Origin: a bacterium
GTDB lineage: Bacteria; UBA8248
Direction: 5' to 3'
NCBI GenBank assembly: GCA_965202625.1
Contig: CBDBBI010000010.1
Location: 544,001 to 608,000 of the forward strand
Length of the DNA stretch: 64,000 nucleotides
Each line of letters begins with the position of its first letter. The stretch's first letter is position 1. The notes under the pieces are model-generated. The model was not told the DNA's origin. It searched no databases and saw only the letters and a program-made list of their open reading frames with translations. The position numbers and the translations under genes were made by a program. Shown here in pieces: positions 9,095-19,109 of the stretch.

Positions 9095-11347
9095 TTGGAC
9101 TTGAGAAAGGAACTTGTCTTTGAGATTGGAGTCGAGGAAATTCCCTCTGCCTATGCGCCAGGGATGATAACCGCGCTCAGGGAGCGCGCCGAAGCGGCGT
9201 TTGTGGAGGCGCGTCTGGATTTTCAGGGGCTTGAGGTTTTCGGAACGCCCAGACGACTCGTCCTACACGTGGTTGGGCTTTCCGAGCGTCAAAAATCGCT
9301 TCGGGAGGAAATTCTAGGCCCTCCCGTCAGAAGCGCGTTTGATGCCGATGGAAATCCGACAAAGGCAGCCCTTGGCTTCGCCAGGACGCATGGGACGGAC
9401 GTATCTGGCCTCTCGAAGGCGGACACGCGCAGGGGAGCGCGCTTGACGTATTACAGGGAAGATGAGGGTGAGGAGACCCAGGTGATATTGGGATATTTAC
9501 TGACGAACCTGCTTAAGGAGTTGCCGTCTCCTAAGTCCATGCGTTGGGGGACGGGTAAATTCCTCTTCGTCCGGCCCGTACGATGGGTTTTGGCCCTCTA
9601 TGGGGGCGAGCGGGTGGATGGCCCTCCGTCAGGAGAGGACGCGTCGGTTCCGCGCTTTGGCTCGATCACGTATGGACATAGATTTCATGGAGGTAATTAT
9701 TTTTATATCAATAATTTCAAGGATTACATTAACGTTTTACATAAGAGTTATGTGGAACCGATTGTCGATGATGGCGCTGGAGGCGGGCGGGTTTCTATGG
9801 TGCGCGCGCGCCTCCTTGCGGCCGCCGAGACCGAGGGTGGCGCGCCTGCGGCGGACGCCGAAGCAGTGGAGCGGCTGGTGGAGAAGGTGGCCCATCTGCT
9901 CGAGTGGCCGTTTCCGGTGGCATGCGGTTTCGACGAGAAATTTCTCGCCCTTCCCGGCGAAGTGATCGTCTCGACCTTAGAGACGCACCAAAGGTTCTTC
10001 GCGCTGAAGGAGAAGGGGGGAGAGCGGCTCATCCCCTCCTTCATCGGAATGAGCAACACGCGCGCGAAAGAGATGGATGTGGTGCGAAAAGGCTATGAGC
10101 GCGTGGTGCGCGCGAGATTGGAGGACGCGGATTTTTATTGGCGTCAGGACCTCAAAACACCCCTCGCCGACATGATGAAGGGACTTAAGGACGTGGTCTA
10201 TCACCCAAGGCTGGGCACGAGCTGGGATAAGGTGAAACGCTTCAGACGTCTGGGCGCCTGGCTGTGTGAGAAGCTGGTGTCGGGCGATGGCGCTTTAGCG
10301 AAATCCGTGGACGAGGCGGCCGTTCTTTGCAAGGCGGACCTGTGTAGCGGAATGGTCTATGAATTTCCCGAGCTGCAAGGCGTGATGGGCCGACGCTACG
10401 CCGAGCGGGAGCGCAGGGACGAGGCGGTCTCTCGCGCTATCTACGAACATTACCTTCCTAGGGGCGAGGGAGACGAACTCCCGAAGAGCCATACGGGTGC
10501 CATTCTGGGTCTGGCCGATAGGATGGATACCATCGTCGGTATGGTGGGCTTGGGCTACCTGCCCAGTGGCTCAGAGGACCCCTACGCGCTCAGGCGCGCG
10601 GCTAACGCGATTTTACTCCTCCTGGAGAATAGGGGCTTCAGAATCTCCTTCCCCGAATGGGTAGGAGTCGCCAGCGAACCGCTGGAGGATATGTTCACCG
10701 ACGATACTGCTGAGGTCTCAAAACGCATTTTGGGTTTTCTTCGTGGCCGCGTGTCCGCTTATCTCTCGCGCGGCGGCGCGCGTGGCGATCTAGTGGAGGC
10801 GGTGCTCGCAGCGAGCGAGGATTCGGGCTGGTACGATGTGCTAGACGCTAGGGCGCGGCTTCGGGCACTAGAGCGGCTCGCTTCCAGAGAGGAGACCTTC
10901 GAGCCGCTCACTACAACGTTCAAGCGGGTGAGCAACATCGTTCGCCAAGCGAAGGAGGGGGACGGCACACATGGCGCGGCAAATCGTTTCGATGCGCGAC
11001 TTCTTCGTGAAGACGCCGAGATTAATTTAGGCAAATCCCTAAATATGATTTCAGGCGGCGTGAAAAAAGCACTAGCGAACGTCGCGTCGGGTGACTCTGC
11101 TTCTTTGGAGGAAGCGTATGTTTCGGCGATATCCTCGATTGCGGAAATCCGGCAATTGGTAGATGATTTTTTCGACCGAGTGATGGTGATGGCCGAGGAT
11201 GGCACCTTGCGTAAAAATCGGCTTGCACTCATGGTGCGCGTGGGCGCGCTGTTCTCGGAGATCGCCGATTTTACGAAAATTCAAAACGTCGTTCGTGTCG
11301 GGGGAAGACGCAGATGCGCGCCAAAACCGCCACGGCTGACCCTCTGA
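9095..11347 (+). CDS. glyS: Glycyl-tRNA synthetase beta subunit
   Basis: LVFEIGVEEIP, TPRRL, PKSMRWG, FVRPVRW, GHRF, ARLEDADF, EFPELQGVMG, PSGSEDPYALRR, FKRVSNI, VDDFFDRVMV, NRLAL. Confidence 0.98.
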   Translation: MDLRKELVFEIGVEEIPSAYAPGMITALRERAEAAFVEARLDFQGLEVFGTPRRLVLHVVGLSERQKSLREEILGPPVRSAFDADGNPTKAALGFARTHGTDVSGLSKADTRRGARLTYYREDEGEETQVILGYLLTNLLKELPSPKSMRWGTGKFLFVRPVRWVLALYGGERVDGPPSGEDASVPRFGSITYGHRFHGGNYFYINNFKDYINVLHKSYVEPIVDDGAGGGRVSMVRARLLAAAETEGGAPAADAEAVERLVEKVAHLLEWPFPVACGFDEKFLALPGEVIVSTLETHQRFFALKEKGGERLIPSFIGMSNTRAKEMDVVRKGYERVVRARLEDADFYWRQDLKTPLADMMKGLKDVVYHPRLGTSWDKVKRFRRLGAWLCEKLVSGDGALAKSVDEAAVLCKADLCSGMVYEFPELQGVMGRRYAERERRDEAVSRAIYEHYLPRGEGDELPKSHTGAILGLADRMDTIVGMVGLGYLPSGSEDPYALRRAANAILLLLENRGFRISFPEWVGVASEPLEDMFTDDTAEVSKRILGFLRGRVSAYLSRGGARGDLVEAVLAASEDSGWYDVLDARARLRALERLASREETFEPLTTTFKRVSNIVRQAKEGDGTHGAANRFDARLLREDAEINLGKSLNMISGGVKKALANVASGDSASLEEAYVSAISSIAEIRQLVDDFFDRVMVMAEDGTLRKNRLALMVRVGALFSEIADFTKIQNVVRVGGRRRCAPKPPRLTL

Positions 11348-11470
11348 CGACCACGAACGAAACCTGAAGGAGGAAGCGCGAGGCATTGAGATAATAGGAG
11401 CGGTTTTTGAGCTATTCGCAACTATTGTTCCTTACATACGCGCGTGCGTCGCGTGGGAGGTGCGTAGGTG

Positions 11471-14119
11471 ATGACGGAGAAGATGATTTATTCCTTTGGC
11501 GCGGGGCGGAGCGATGGGGACGCCAGTATGCGGAATTTGCTGGGGGGCAAGGGTGCAAACTTAGCGGAGATGGCGAGTCTCGACATACCGGTGCCGCCGG
11601 GCTTCACCATCACCACCGAGATTTGCGTCGATTATCTTCAGAAGAACGCGCTGTCCGTCGGCCTTTGGGAGGGTGTGAAAGAGCAGATGTCGCGCCTGGA
11701 GCGCGCGATGGGTGCGCGTTTCGGTGGCGTCGAAAACCCGCTTTTGGTGAGTGTGCGCTCAGGCGCACGCGAATCAATGCCAGGCATGATGGACACGGTC
11801 CTGAACCTAGGGATGAACGACGAGACGGTGGTCGCCCTTGCGAACAAGTCGGGCAGCCGACGTTTCGCGTACGACAGCTACCGCAGGTTTATCAACATGT
11901 TCGGCAACGTGGTTCTGGACATGGAGCACCATGATTTTGAGACGCGGATCGAGGCGATGAAGCGACGCAAGAACGTCGCGTTCGATTTGGAGTTGACTGC
12001 GGAGGATCTAGCGGAACTGGTAGACGAATACGCCGCCCTCGTGAAGGAAAAAACGGGCGCGCGCTTTCCCCAGGATCCTTTTGAACAACTGCGTCTGTCC
12101 ATTGAGGCGGTGTTCAAGTCCTGGAACAACGAGCGCGCCTTCACCTACCGTCGTCTCTATCGCATTCCCCATGACTGGGGCACCGCCGTGAACATACAGT
12201 GCATGGTGTTCGGCAACATGGGGACGGATTGTGGCACCGGCGTCGCCTTCTCGCGCGATCCCGCCACCGGAGAGAACGTGCTCTATGGAGAGGTTCTCTT
12301 CAACGCCCAGGGCGAAGACGTAGTGGCGGGTATACGAACGCCTGAACCCATATCGAGCCTCAAGGAGAGGATGCCCGCGTGCTTCGATGAATTTGAGAAA
12401 ATCGCCAAAAAACTCGAAGCCCACTACAAGGACATGCAAGACATGGAGTTCACCATCCAGAACGGGCGTCTTTTCATGCTCCAGACGAGGAACGGCAAGC
12501 GCACGGCGACGGCCGCCGTGCGAATCGCCGTCGAGCTGGTGGGAGAAAACGTACTTGACAGGCGCACCGCCCTACAAATGGTGGACGCCGACAGTCTGGA
12601 TCAACTGCTGCATCCTATGATCGCTGATGAGCAGGAGTTGGAGGTGGTCGCCAAAGGTCTAGCGGCATCGCCCGGCGCCGCAGTGGGCAAGGTGGCGTTC
12701 ACTGCCGCTGAAGCGGTGGAGCGCGCAGAGGCGGGAGAACCCGTCATCCTGGTGCGCCAGGAGACGAGCCCGGAGGACATCAATGGGATGAACGTCTCCC
12801 AGGGTATCCTCACGGCGCGGGGCGGGCTCACTTCGCACGCGGCCGTGGTCGCGAGACAGATGGGCAAGTGCTGCGTCACAGGATGCGGCGCCCTGGACGT
12901 GCGGGCGGACGAGAAGGTCATTCGCGTGAATGGCGAGACGATATCGGAGGGGGATTTCATCTCCCTGAACGGAAACTCGGGCGAGGTGATTCTGGGCGAG
13001 GCAAAACTCATGCGGCCCGAACTTCTCGGAGATTTCGCCACCCTGATGGAATGGGCAGACGGGTATAGAACCCTGGGCGTCCGGGCAAACGCTGACACGG
13101 TGGCAGATAGCGAGACGGCCCTCACGTTCGGCTGCGAGGGGATCGGCCTGTGCCGCACGGAGCACATGTTCTTTGAGGGAGAACGCATTGATTACGTGCG
13201 CGCGATGATTCTGGCCTCCACGGAAGAGGCGAGACAGGAGGCGCTTTCGCACCTTTTGCCCATGCAGCGCGAGGATTTTATCGGCCTCTTTGAGGTGATG
13301 GGGGAGAGGCCCGTGACAATCCGACTGTTGGACCCCCCTCTTCACGAGTTTCTACCCAAGACGAAAGAAGACATGGAGCAGGTGGCCAAGATACTAGGGT
13401 TGAAGTTCGAAGCGGTGCGCCACGCCACCGAAGCGACCGAGGAACAGAACCCGATGCTGGGTCACCGCGGCTGCCGCCTGGTCGTCTCCTACCCTGAGAT
13501 CGCCGAAATGCAGGTGCGCGCTATCATTGAGGCGGCCTGCGATATGAAGTTAAGGAACGTGGACGTGCGGCCCGAGATCATGATTCCCCTCACCTCGGGC
13601 GTAGGCGAATGGGAATTTAATCGCGACATCGTGCACGATGTCGCCCAAAAGGTGATTGCGGAGAAAGGCGTCGCGCCGCGCTATCTCACGGGCACGATGA
13701 TCGAGGTTCCCAGAGCCTGCTTTCTGGCGGGGGAGATAGCCGAGAGCGCGGAATTTTTCAGCTTTGGCACAAACGACCTGACGCAGCTGACCTATGGCTT
13801 GAGCCGGGACGACGCGGGTTGGTTCCTTCCCAAATATATCGAGAAAAATCTAATCCCCAAGGATCCCTTCGTGGCGGTTGATCGCGAGGGTGTGGGCGAG
13901 ATGGTGCAAATCGGCATCGAGCGCGGCCGCGGAAGAAGGGAGAATCTGGAAGTGGGCATTTGCGGCGAGCATGGCGGAGAGCCCACGTCGGTGGAATTTT
14001 GTCACCTGATGCAGATGGACTATGTCTCCTGCGCGCCGTATCGCGCGCCCATCGCGAGACTTGCCGCTGCCCAAGCGTCGATAGCGCATGGCGCATACCA
14101 GACGGTCGAAATCCATTGA
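11471..14119 (+). CDS. ppdK: Pyruvate, phosphate dikinase
   Basis: LLGGKGANLAEM, PLLVSVRSGA, SMPGMMDTVLNLG, GGLTSHAAVVAR (phospho-His), GIGLCRTEHMFF, SFGTNDLTQ, GICGEHGG. Confidence 0.99.
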   Translation: MTEKMIYSFGAGRSDGDASMRNLLGGKGANLAEMASLDIPVPPGFTITTEICVDYLQKNALSVGLWEGVKEQMSRLERAMGARFGGVENPLLVSVRSGARESMPGMMDTVLNLGMNDETVVALANKSGSRRFAYDSYRRFINMFGNVVLDMEHHDFETRIEAMKRRKNVAFDLELTAEDLAELVDEYAALVKEKTGARFPQDPFEQLRLSIEAVFKSWNNERAFTYRRLYRIPHDWGTAVNIQCMVFGNMGTDCGTGVAFSRDPATGENVLYGEVLFNAQGEDVVAGIRTPEPISSLKERMPACFDEFEKIAKKLEAHYKDMQDMEFTIQNGRLFMLQTRNGKRTATAAVRIAVELVGENVLDRRTALQMVDADSLDQLLHPMIADEQELEVVAKGLAASPGAAVGKVAFTAAEAVERAEAGEPVILVRQETSPEDINGMNVSQGILTARGGLTSHAAVVARQMGKCCVTGCGALDVRADEKVIRVNGETISEGDFISLNGNSGEVILGEAKLMRPELLGDFATLMEWADGYRTLGVRANADTVADSETALTFGCEGIGLCRTEHMFFEGERIDYVRAMILASTEEARQEALSHLLPMQREDFIGLFEVMGERPVTIRLLDPPLHEFLPKTKEDMEQVAKILGLKFEAVRHATEATEEQNPMLGHRGCRLVVSYPEIAEMQVRAIIEAACDMKLRNVDVRPEIMIPLTSGVGEWEFNRDIVHDVAQKVIAEKGVAPRYLTGTMIEVPRACFLAGEIAESAEFFSFGTNDLTQLTYGLSRDDAGWFLPKYIEKNLIPKDPFVAVDREGVGEMVQIGIERGRGRRENLEVGICGEHGGEPTSVEFCHLMQMDYVSCAPYRAPIARLAAAQASIAHGAYQTVEIH

Positions 14120-14135
14120 ACCGGACGTTACTTTG

Positions 14136-15293
14136 ATGGATTCTCTCCCCACCGAACGTAAAAACGCGTTGATGGCCGAGGCCATCACTCTTGCCGCACA
14201 CGCGGAGGGGATGACGAGCCCCAACCCGCTCGTTGGCGCCATCGTCCTTAATTCCAGGGGAGAGAGGGTGGGTCAGGGCTGGCACCAAAGGGCGGGAGGG
14301 CCGCACGCCGAGGTCCTGGCCCTGAGAGAGGCAGGCGTCCGCGCGCGAGGCGGCGCGTTGATCGTCACCTTGGAGCCATGCTCCCACGAGGGCAGAACAC
14401 CCCCTTGTGCACCTTTCGTGGTGGCGGCGGGCGTCTGCCGGGTCATCGCCGCTGTCTCGGATCCGAATCCCCAAATCGCAGGCAATGGTTTCGCCTACTT
14501 GCGCGCGCATGGCGTCGAGGTGGAGGTGGGAGTCATGGCCGAGGCGGCGGCGCGCCAGAACGAGGTCCATTTCCATTGGTGGAAACGTGCCCGACCCTTT
14601 CTCACCTTGAAGGCCGCTGCAAGTTTAGACGGGAAAATCGCAACCCGAAGCGGACAAAGCAGGTGGATAACGGGTGAAGAGGCCAGAAGCACCAGCCATC
14701 GTCTCAGAAACGAGGTGGATGCCGTTCTCGTGGGTGTGCGGACGGTGCTTGCAGACGACCCTCTGCTCACGGCGCGGCCCGATAACGCCCCGGGCAAGCC
14801 TCTGGTGAGAGTTGTTCTGGATTCGATGTTGAGGACGCCCCCCCGCGCCCGGATTTTGGCTCCTCAGCGAGGGATATCCGCGATCGTCGTGGCCACGGAC
14901 GCCGCACCTGCCGACAGGGAGAGAACGCTGCGTGAATCGGGCGCGGAGATCGTCCGGGCGAAGTCAGACTCCAGGTACCGGGTAGCGCTCGCACCTTTGC
15001 TAGAGTTGTTGGGGAATCGAGGTGTTCGTCATATTCTTGTCGAAGGAGGCGGGCGGGTTCACGGCGCTTTCATTCGAGAGGAGTTGGCAGATCGCCTAAT
15101 TTATTTTGTGGCGCCCTTAGTAGTAGGGGATGAGCAGGCGCCGAGCGCGATTTCCGAACTTGATGAAACAGCGTTGCAATCTCTACCCAGGTTATTTAAC
15201 GTAACACATGAAGTTGTTGGCGATGATTTCTTGATTCAGGGATATTTCAAAAAACCTGCGTGGCAATATATAGGAGAGGGGGCGCGTGTTTAG
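14136..15293 (+). CDS. ribD: Bifunctional riboflavin deaminase/reductase
   Basis: TSPNPLVGA, PHAEV, TLEPCSH.GRTPPC, LKAAASLDGKIA, SRWIT, DDPLLTAR, LVEGG. Confidence 0.97.
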   Translation: MDSLPTERKNALMAEAITLAAHAEGMTSPNPLVGAIVLNSRGERVGQGWHQRAGGPHAEVLALREAGVRARGGALIVTLEPCSHEGRTPPCAPFVVAAGVCRVIAAVSDPNPQIAGNGFAYLRAHGVEVEVGVMAEAAARQNEVHFHWWKRARPFLTLKAAASLDGKIATRSGQSRWITGEEARSTSHRLRNEVDAVLVGVRTVLADDPLLTARPDNAPGKPLVRVVLDSMLRTPPRARILAPQRGISAIVVATDAAPADRERTLRESGAEIVRAKSDSRYRVALAPLLELLGNRGVRHILVEGGGRVHGAFIREELADRLIYFVAPLVVGDEQAPSAISELDETALQSLPRLFNVTHEVVGDDFLIQGYFKKPAWQYIGEGARV

Positions 15294-15936
15294 CGGAATC
15301 ATCGAGACCATCGGCGTGGTGCGCTCTTTGAGAAAAGACGCCTGGGACGCGCGAATCGCTATTGCGGCGCCGGACATTTTGGACGGCGCGCGGGTGGGCG
15401 ATTCCATCGCGCTCAACGGCGTCTGCGTCACGGTGGTGGATTTTGACGAGAAAAACTTCAAGGCAGATTTGTCCGCCGAGACGCTCAGGCGCACGAACCT
15501 AAACGAGTTGCGCGTTGGCGATGGGTGCAATCTGGAACGCGCGATGGCACTGGGCGCGCGATTGGGCGGACACCTAGTGAGCGGCCATGTGGATGGCGTG
15601 GGCAGGATCAAAAACAGAAAAACCGAGGGGGACTCCGTTTGGTTCACCTTTGCGGCGCCGCTAGAAGTAACGCGCTATGTCGTCTATAAAGGGTCTGTTG
15701 CCGTCGATGGAATCAGCCTGACGGTGGCCGCGTGCGCGGGGGAGACGTTTTCCGTTTCCATCATTCCGCATACGGACGAGCGGACCACACTTACCGAGAA
15801 GAAAGACGGTGCCCTCGTGAATCTTGAGGCGGACCTGATCGGAAAATACGTGGAAAAACTTCTCGCTCCCCACGCGGCCTTCAAATCTCAAGACGGAATC
15901 ACCATACAGAAGCTCGGGGAGCACGGCTATGCCTGA
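15286..15936 (+). CDS. ribE: Riboflavin synthase (alpha chain)
   Basis: MFSGII N-terminus, GDSIALNGVCVTV, NLERA, GGHLVSGHVD, KGSVAVDGISLTV, IIPHT, VNLEAD. Confidence 0.97.
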   Translation: MFSGIIETIGVVRSLRKDAWDARIAIAAPDILDGARVGDSIALNGVCVTVVDFDEKNFKADLSAETLRRTNLNELRVGDGCNLERAMALGARLGGHLVSGHVDGVGRIKNRKTEGDSVWFTFAAPLEVTRYVVYKGSVAVDGISLTVAACAGETFSVSIIPHTDERTTLTEKKDGALVNLEADLIGKYVEKLLAPHAAFKSQDGITIQKLGEHGYA

Positions 15937-17164
15937 GACGAGGGAGAGGAAGGAATTGTCGCAGGAGAGCCCTTTTTCCACGATTGAGAAGGCGATTGAG
16001 GATATTCGGGAAGGACGCATCGTCGTCCTCGTGGACGATGAGGACCGGGAGAACGAGGGCGATTTCATTCTGGCGGCCGAGAGGGTGACGCCCGAGGCGA
16101 TCAATTTCATGACGAAACAGGCGCGCGGCCTCATTTGCCTCGCGCTCACGCCAGAGAAGGTGGAATCTCTGGGGCTTCCCATGATGGTGCCTAGCCGCCA
16201 GAACGGCTCGGTCTTCGGCACCGCTTTTACGGTTTCCATTGAGGCGCGCGAGGGGGTCACGACGGGCATCAGCGCTTTTGATAGGGCCCACACCATACAA
16301 ACCGCGGTATATGAGGACGCCAGGCCGTCGGACTTGGTGACGCCCGGCCACGTTTTCCCGATACGGGCCCAGCCAGGAGGCGTGCTCAGGCGAGCGGGCC
16401 ATACGGAGGGTGCGGTGGACCTGGCCCGCCTTGCAGGGCTTCGGCCATCGGGCGTTCTTTGCGAGGTTTTGAATGACGACGGCTCAATGGCGCGTCTGGC
16501 CAGTTTGGGGGAAATAGCGAAAAAAAACAACCTCTCCCTCGTGACCATCAAGGATCTCATTGCCTACCGCATGCGTCACGATCGTCTTGTGGAGCGCGCG
16601 GAGGAGGCGGAGGTGCCGACGGCGTACGGGACTTTCAGGGTCTATGCGTATTGCAATCGAAGCAGCGGGAGGATTCACGCCGCCTTCGTGATGGGGGAAT
16701 TGGATCCGGATGAACCAACATACATTCGCGTCCAGCCGGTGAACGCCATTTGGGATTTGTTGGCACTCTTGCGATCGGACTATCCGGACAGGATCAAAAA
16801 CGCGCTGGCCAAGATTCAGAAAGCGGGCAAGGGGGTGTTGGTGTTCTTGCAGCCGGATTCGATGGGAGAAGAAATCTCAATAAAAGAGAAAATAACCGCC
16901 CGCCCGGGTGATGTGGACGAGAGGATCGGAATCAAAAACGCGCCGTTTGAAGAGTTGCGCGATTACGGAATAGGAGCTCAAATCCTGGTGGATTTGGGCT
17001 TGCGACGCATTCGTATAATGACGAACGACGAGCGCAGGATCGTGGCGCTTGAAGGTTATGGCCTTGAACTGGAGGATAGGGTGGCGGTGGACATGGAGCC
17101 TCCTTTGCCATCTTTGAAAAAGAAAAAAAAAGAAGATAAAGAATCCTACTTGCAGCGGCCATGA
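15929..17164 (+). CDS. ribB: DHBP synthase fused to a degenerate GTP cyclohydrolase II-like domain (RibBX type)
   Basis: RibB motifs [50 protein letters not shown]-terminal domain keeps [10 protein letters not shown] but lacks RVHSECLTGD...RCDC. Confidence 0.93.
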   Translation: MPETRERKELSQESPFSTIEKAIEDIREGRIVVLVDDEDRENEGDFILAAERVTPEAINFMTKQARGLICLALTPEKVESLGLPMMVPSRQNGSVFGTAFTVSIEAREGVTTGISAFDRAHTIQTAVYEDARPSDLVTPGHVFPIRAQPGGVLRRAGHTEGAVDLARLAGLRPSGVLCEVLNDDGSMARLASLGEIAKKNNLSLVTIKDLIAYRMRHDRLVERAEEAEVPTAYGTFRVYAYCNRSSGRIHAAFVMGELDPDEPTYIRVQPVNAIWDLLALLRSDYPDRIKNALAKIQKAGKGVLVFLQPDSMGEEISIKEKITARPGDVDERIGIKNAPFEELRDYGIGAQILVDLGLRRIRIMTNDERRIVALEGYGLELEDRVAVDMEPPLPSLKKKKKEDKESYLQRP

Positions 17165-17676
17165 AAAACGTGTGGGGAAAGGAAATGGGTAATTCAATGG
17201 AAGGGGCTCTGAATGGACGGGGCCTGCGGGTCGGCCTTGTCTCGTCGCGCTTTAACGATTTTATCGTCGTTCACCTTGTTCGAGGGGCCGAAACGGGACT
17301 ACGGCAGTGCGGGGTGGACGCATCCGACATACGGCACGTGCGGGTACCGGGCGCATTTGAACTGCCGGCGGCGGCGATGAAGATGGCAAAATCACAAAAA
17401 TATGACGCCATCGTGTGCCTGGGCTGCGTGATAAGAGGCGCCACCTCTCACTATGACTTGGTGTGCGCCGAGGCGTCGAAGGGTGTTGCCCAGGTGGGTA
17501 CCCAGACGGGGTTACCAACCATTTTTGCCGTCGTGACGACAGATACAGTAGAGCAAGCCATCGAGCGCGCGGGAACGAAAATGGGAAACAAGGGATATGA
17601 AGGCGCTCTGGCGGCCGTGGAGATGGCCAATTTGTTTGCCCAAATGGACGAGGGCGAGGCGAAGGCTTCCAAATAG
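17161..17676 (+). CDS. ribH: 6,7-dimethyl-8-ribityllumazine synthase
   Basis: [39 protein letters not shown]. True start may be 17185. Confidence 0.98.
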   Translation: MKNVWGKEMGNSMEGALNGRGLRVGLVSSRFNDFIVVHLVRGAETGLRQCGVDASDIRHVRVPGAFELPAAAMKMAKSQKYDAIVCLGCVIRGATSHYDLVCAEASKGVAQVGTQTGLPTIFAVVTTDTVEQAIERAGTKMGNKGYEGALAAVEMANLFAQMDEGEAKASK

Positions 17677-17685
17677 AGAATAGTG

Positions 17686-18099
17686 ATGGCGGAAAACAGA
17701 AAAGCGGGACGAGAGATTGCGTTTCAAATCCTCTATCACTCGGATCGCACCGGAGGTCTCACACCCGAGGAGGTAGAGCGCTATTGGCTGCTGCACCCTG
17801 CGGATGAGGGCTCCCGAGCGTTCGCCGACAGGTTGGTCACGCTCATTTTGGAGAAAGACCAGCGGATTGACAATTTGCTCGCCGAATCGAGCGTGCGATG
17901 GTCTCTGGAGCGCATGGACGCCGTGTCGAGAAGCATATTGCGCCTCGGCGTTTGCGAGCTGTATTTCGTTCCGGACGTTCCGCCCGCAGTGGCGATGGAC
18001 GAAGCGGTTCGTCTGGCCAAACGCTATGGACCCGAGAACGCCTCCGGCTTTGTGAACGGCATTCTGGACCGCCTCCATCAAGAGAAAATGACCGTCTAG
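17686..18099 (+). CDS. nusB: Transcription antitermination factor NusB
   Basis: RKAGREIAFQILY, WSLERM..V.RSILRLG, VAMDEAV.LAKRY, FVNGILD. Follows ribH. Confidence 0.96.
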   Translation: MAENRKAGREIAFQILYHSDRTGGLTPEEVERYWLLHPADEGSRAFADRLVTLILEKDQRIDNLLAESSVRWSLERMDAVSRSILRLGVCELYFVPDVPPAVAMDEAVRLAKRYGPENASGFVNGILDRLHQEKMTV

Positions 18100-18559
18100 C
18101 GTGATACGCTTTCGTCTGTTTCCCCAGAAGATTTTCCATTTCACGGGCCGCTGGGAGAAATTGACCATCTGCTGGAGAACGAGTCGAGCCGTCTGGTTCG
18201 AGCGGAAAAGCTGATCGGCGCATGGAAGTCGCAGGCTATGTTGACCTCGAAGGGAAGGCTAGCGTCTGAATACAGGCTGTTCGCGGGGATCGGCTCTTCT
18301 TGACCTTAGAGGAACTCTCCAAGCGGACGAGGACTGTTTTTGGGAGAATGATGAGGACGTCGGCGAAGAATTTGTCGATACGGATTTCTGACTTCACTCA
18401 CTTTTCGATGGTTTCGTTCTCTTAGCGACGAAGATCACGAAAGGCGCGATATGGGACGTCGACATTCCCATCTGTGAACCTGAGGCCGAGAGATATGATG
18501 AATTCGTCGCCTGGGGCGAGTGGATCGTCTTTTCCAGAACGGAGGACCGGGAATTTTCC
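18100..18559 (+). pseudogene. Possible decayed gene of unknown identity between nusB and lptE
   Basis: About 460 nt gap containing protein-like peptides in alternating frames, broken by stops (e.g. TGA 18389). Confidence 0.35.
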
Positions 18560-18595
18560 GTGGAGGTTTTTTATTTGAGTAATGGTTTTTTGAGG

Positions 18596-19108
18596 ATGAT
18601 TCACAAATTTTGTCTTGCCCTCCTGATGGGCGTCCTCCTAACGGGTTGCGGCTACGTGCTTGAGGGAACCCGACTTCCCGAGAACCTCAAGCGTGCGCGA
18701 ACGATTTCGATACTCCCATTTCGCAACCAGACGAACGAGCCGGGCCTTGGGCGGACCATCACGGAAGCGGTGAAAACAAGATTCCTCCATGACGGTCGCC
18801 TTCGCGTCTCTGACTCTCCCGACGCGGATATCGTGATCGAGGGCGCGTTGCGCACGTATCGCCTCACGCCAATCGGCTTCACACGGGCGGATCAGGTACG
18901 ACGCTATCGCGTCGTCGTCCGCACCCGCATACGCCTGCGGGACAACGCCCGGGACAAGCTGCTCATCGACCAGGAGTTGGAGTCCGCCGCCGAGTTCACG
19001 GTCTCCTCCTCCATCGCGCGGAGCGACTCGAGCCGCATGAATGCGAATCAGAGCGCAGCCGATTCTTTCTCCGAGGATATCGTCAGCCTCGTATTGGATG
19101 GTTTCTAG
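18596..19108 (+). CDS. lptE: LPS assembly lipoprotein LptE family
   Basis: Lipobox LLTGC-GY, ISILPFRNQT.EPGL, AD..IEG.L..Y. Canonical lptE-holA order. Confidence 0.88.
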   Translation: MIHKFCLALLMGVLLTGCGYVLEGTRLPENLKRARTISILPFRNQTNEPGLGRTITEAVKTRFLHDGRLRVSDSPDADIVIEGALRTYRLTPIGFTRADQVRRYRVVVRTRIRLRDNARDKLLIDQELESAAEFTVSSSIARSDSSRMNANQSAADSFSEDIVSLVLDGF

Positions 19109-19109
19109 G

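Noticed and set aside
11348-11470. RBS-sequestering hairpin in the ppdK leader
   Set aside because: The pairing (TACGCG/CGCGTG) is short and imperfect, and expected by chance at this GC content.
14100-14140. FMN riboswitch ahead of the rib genes
   Set aside because: ribD begins 16 nt after the ppdK stop, leaving no room, and no RFN motif is present.
18097-18303. Pyrrolysine or other stop read-through extending NusB
   Set aside because: NusB is already full length at the TAG and no pyl machinery is seen. The downstream frame is better explained as a gene remnant.
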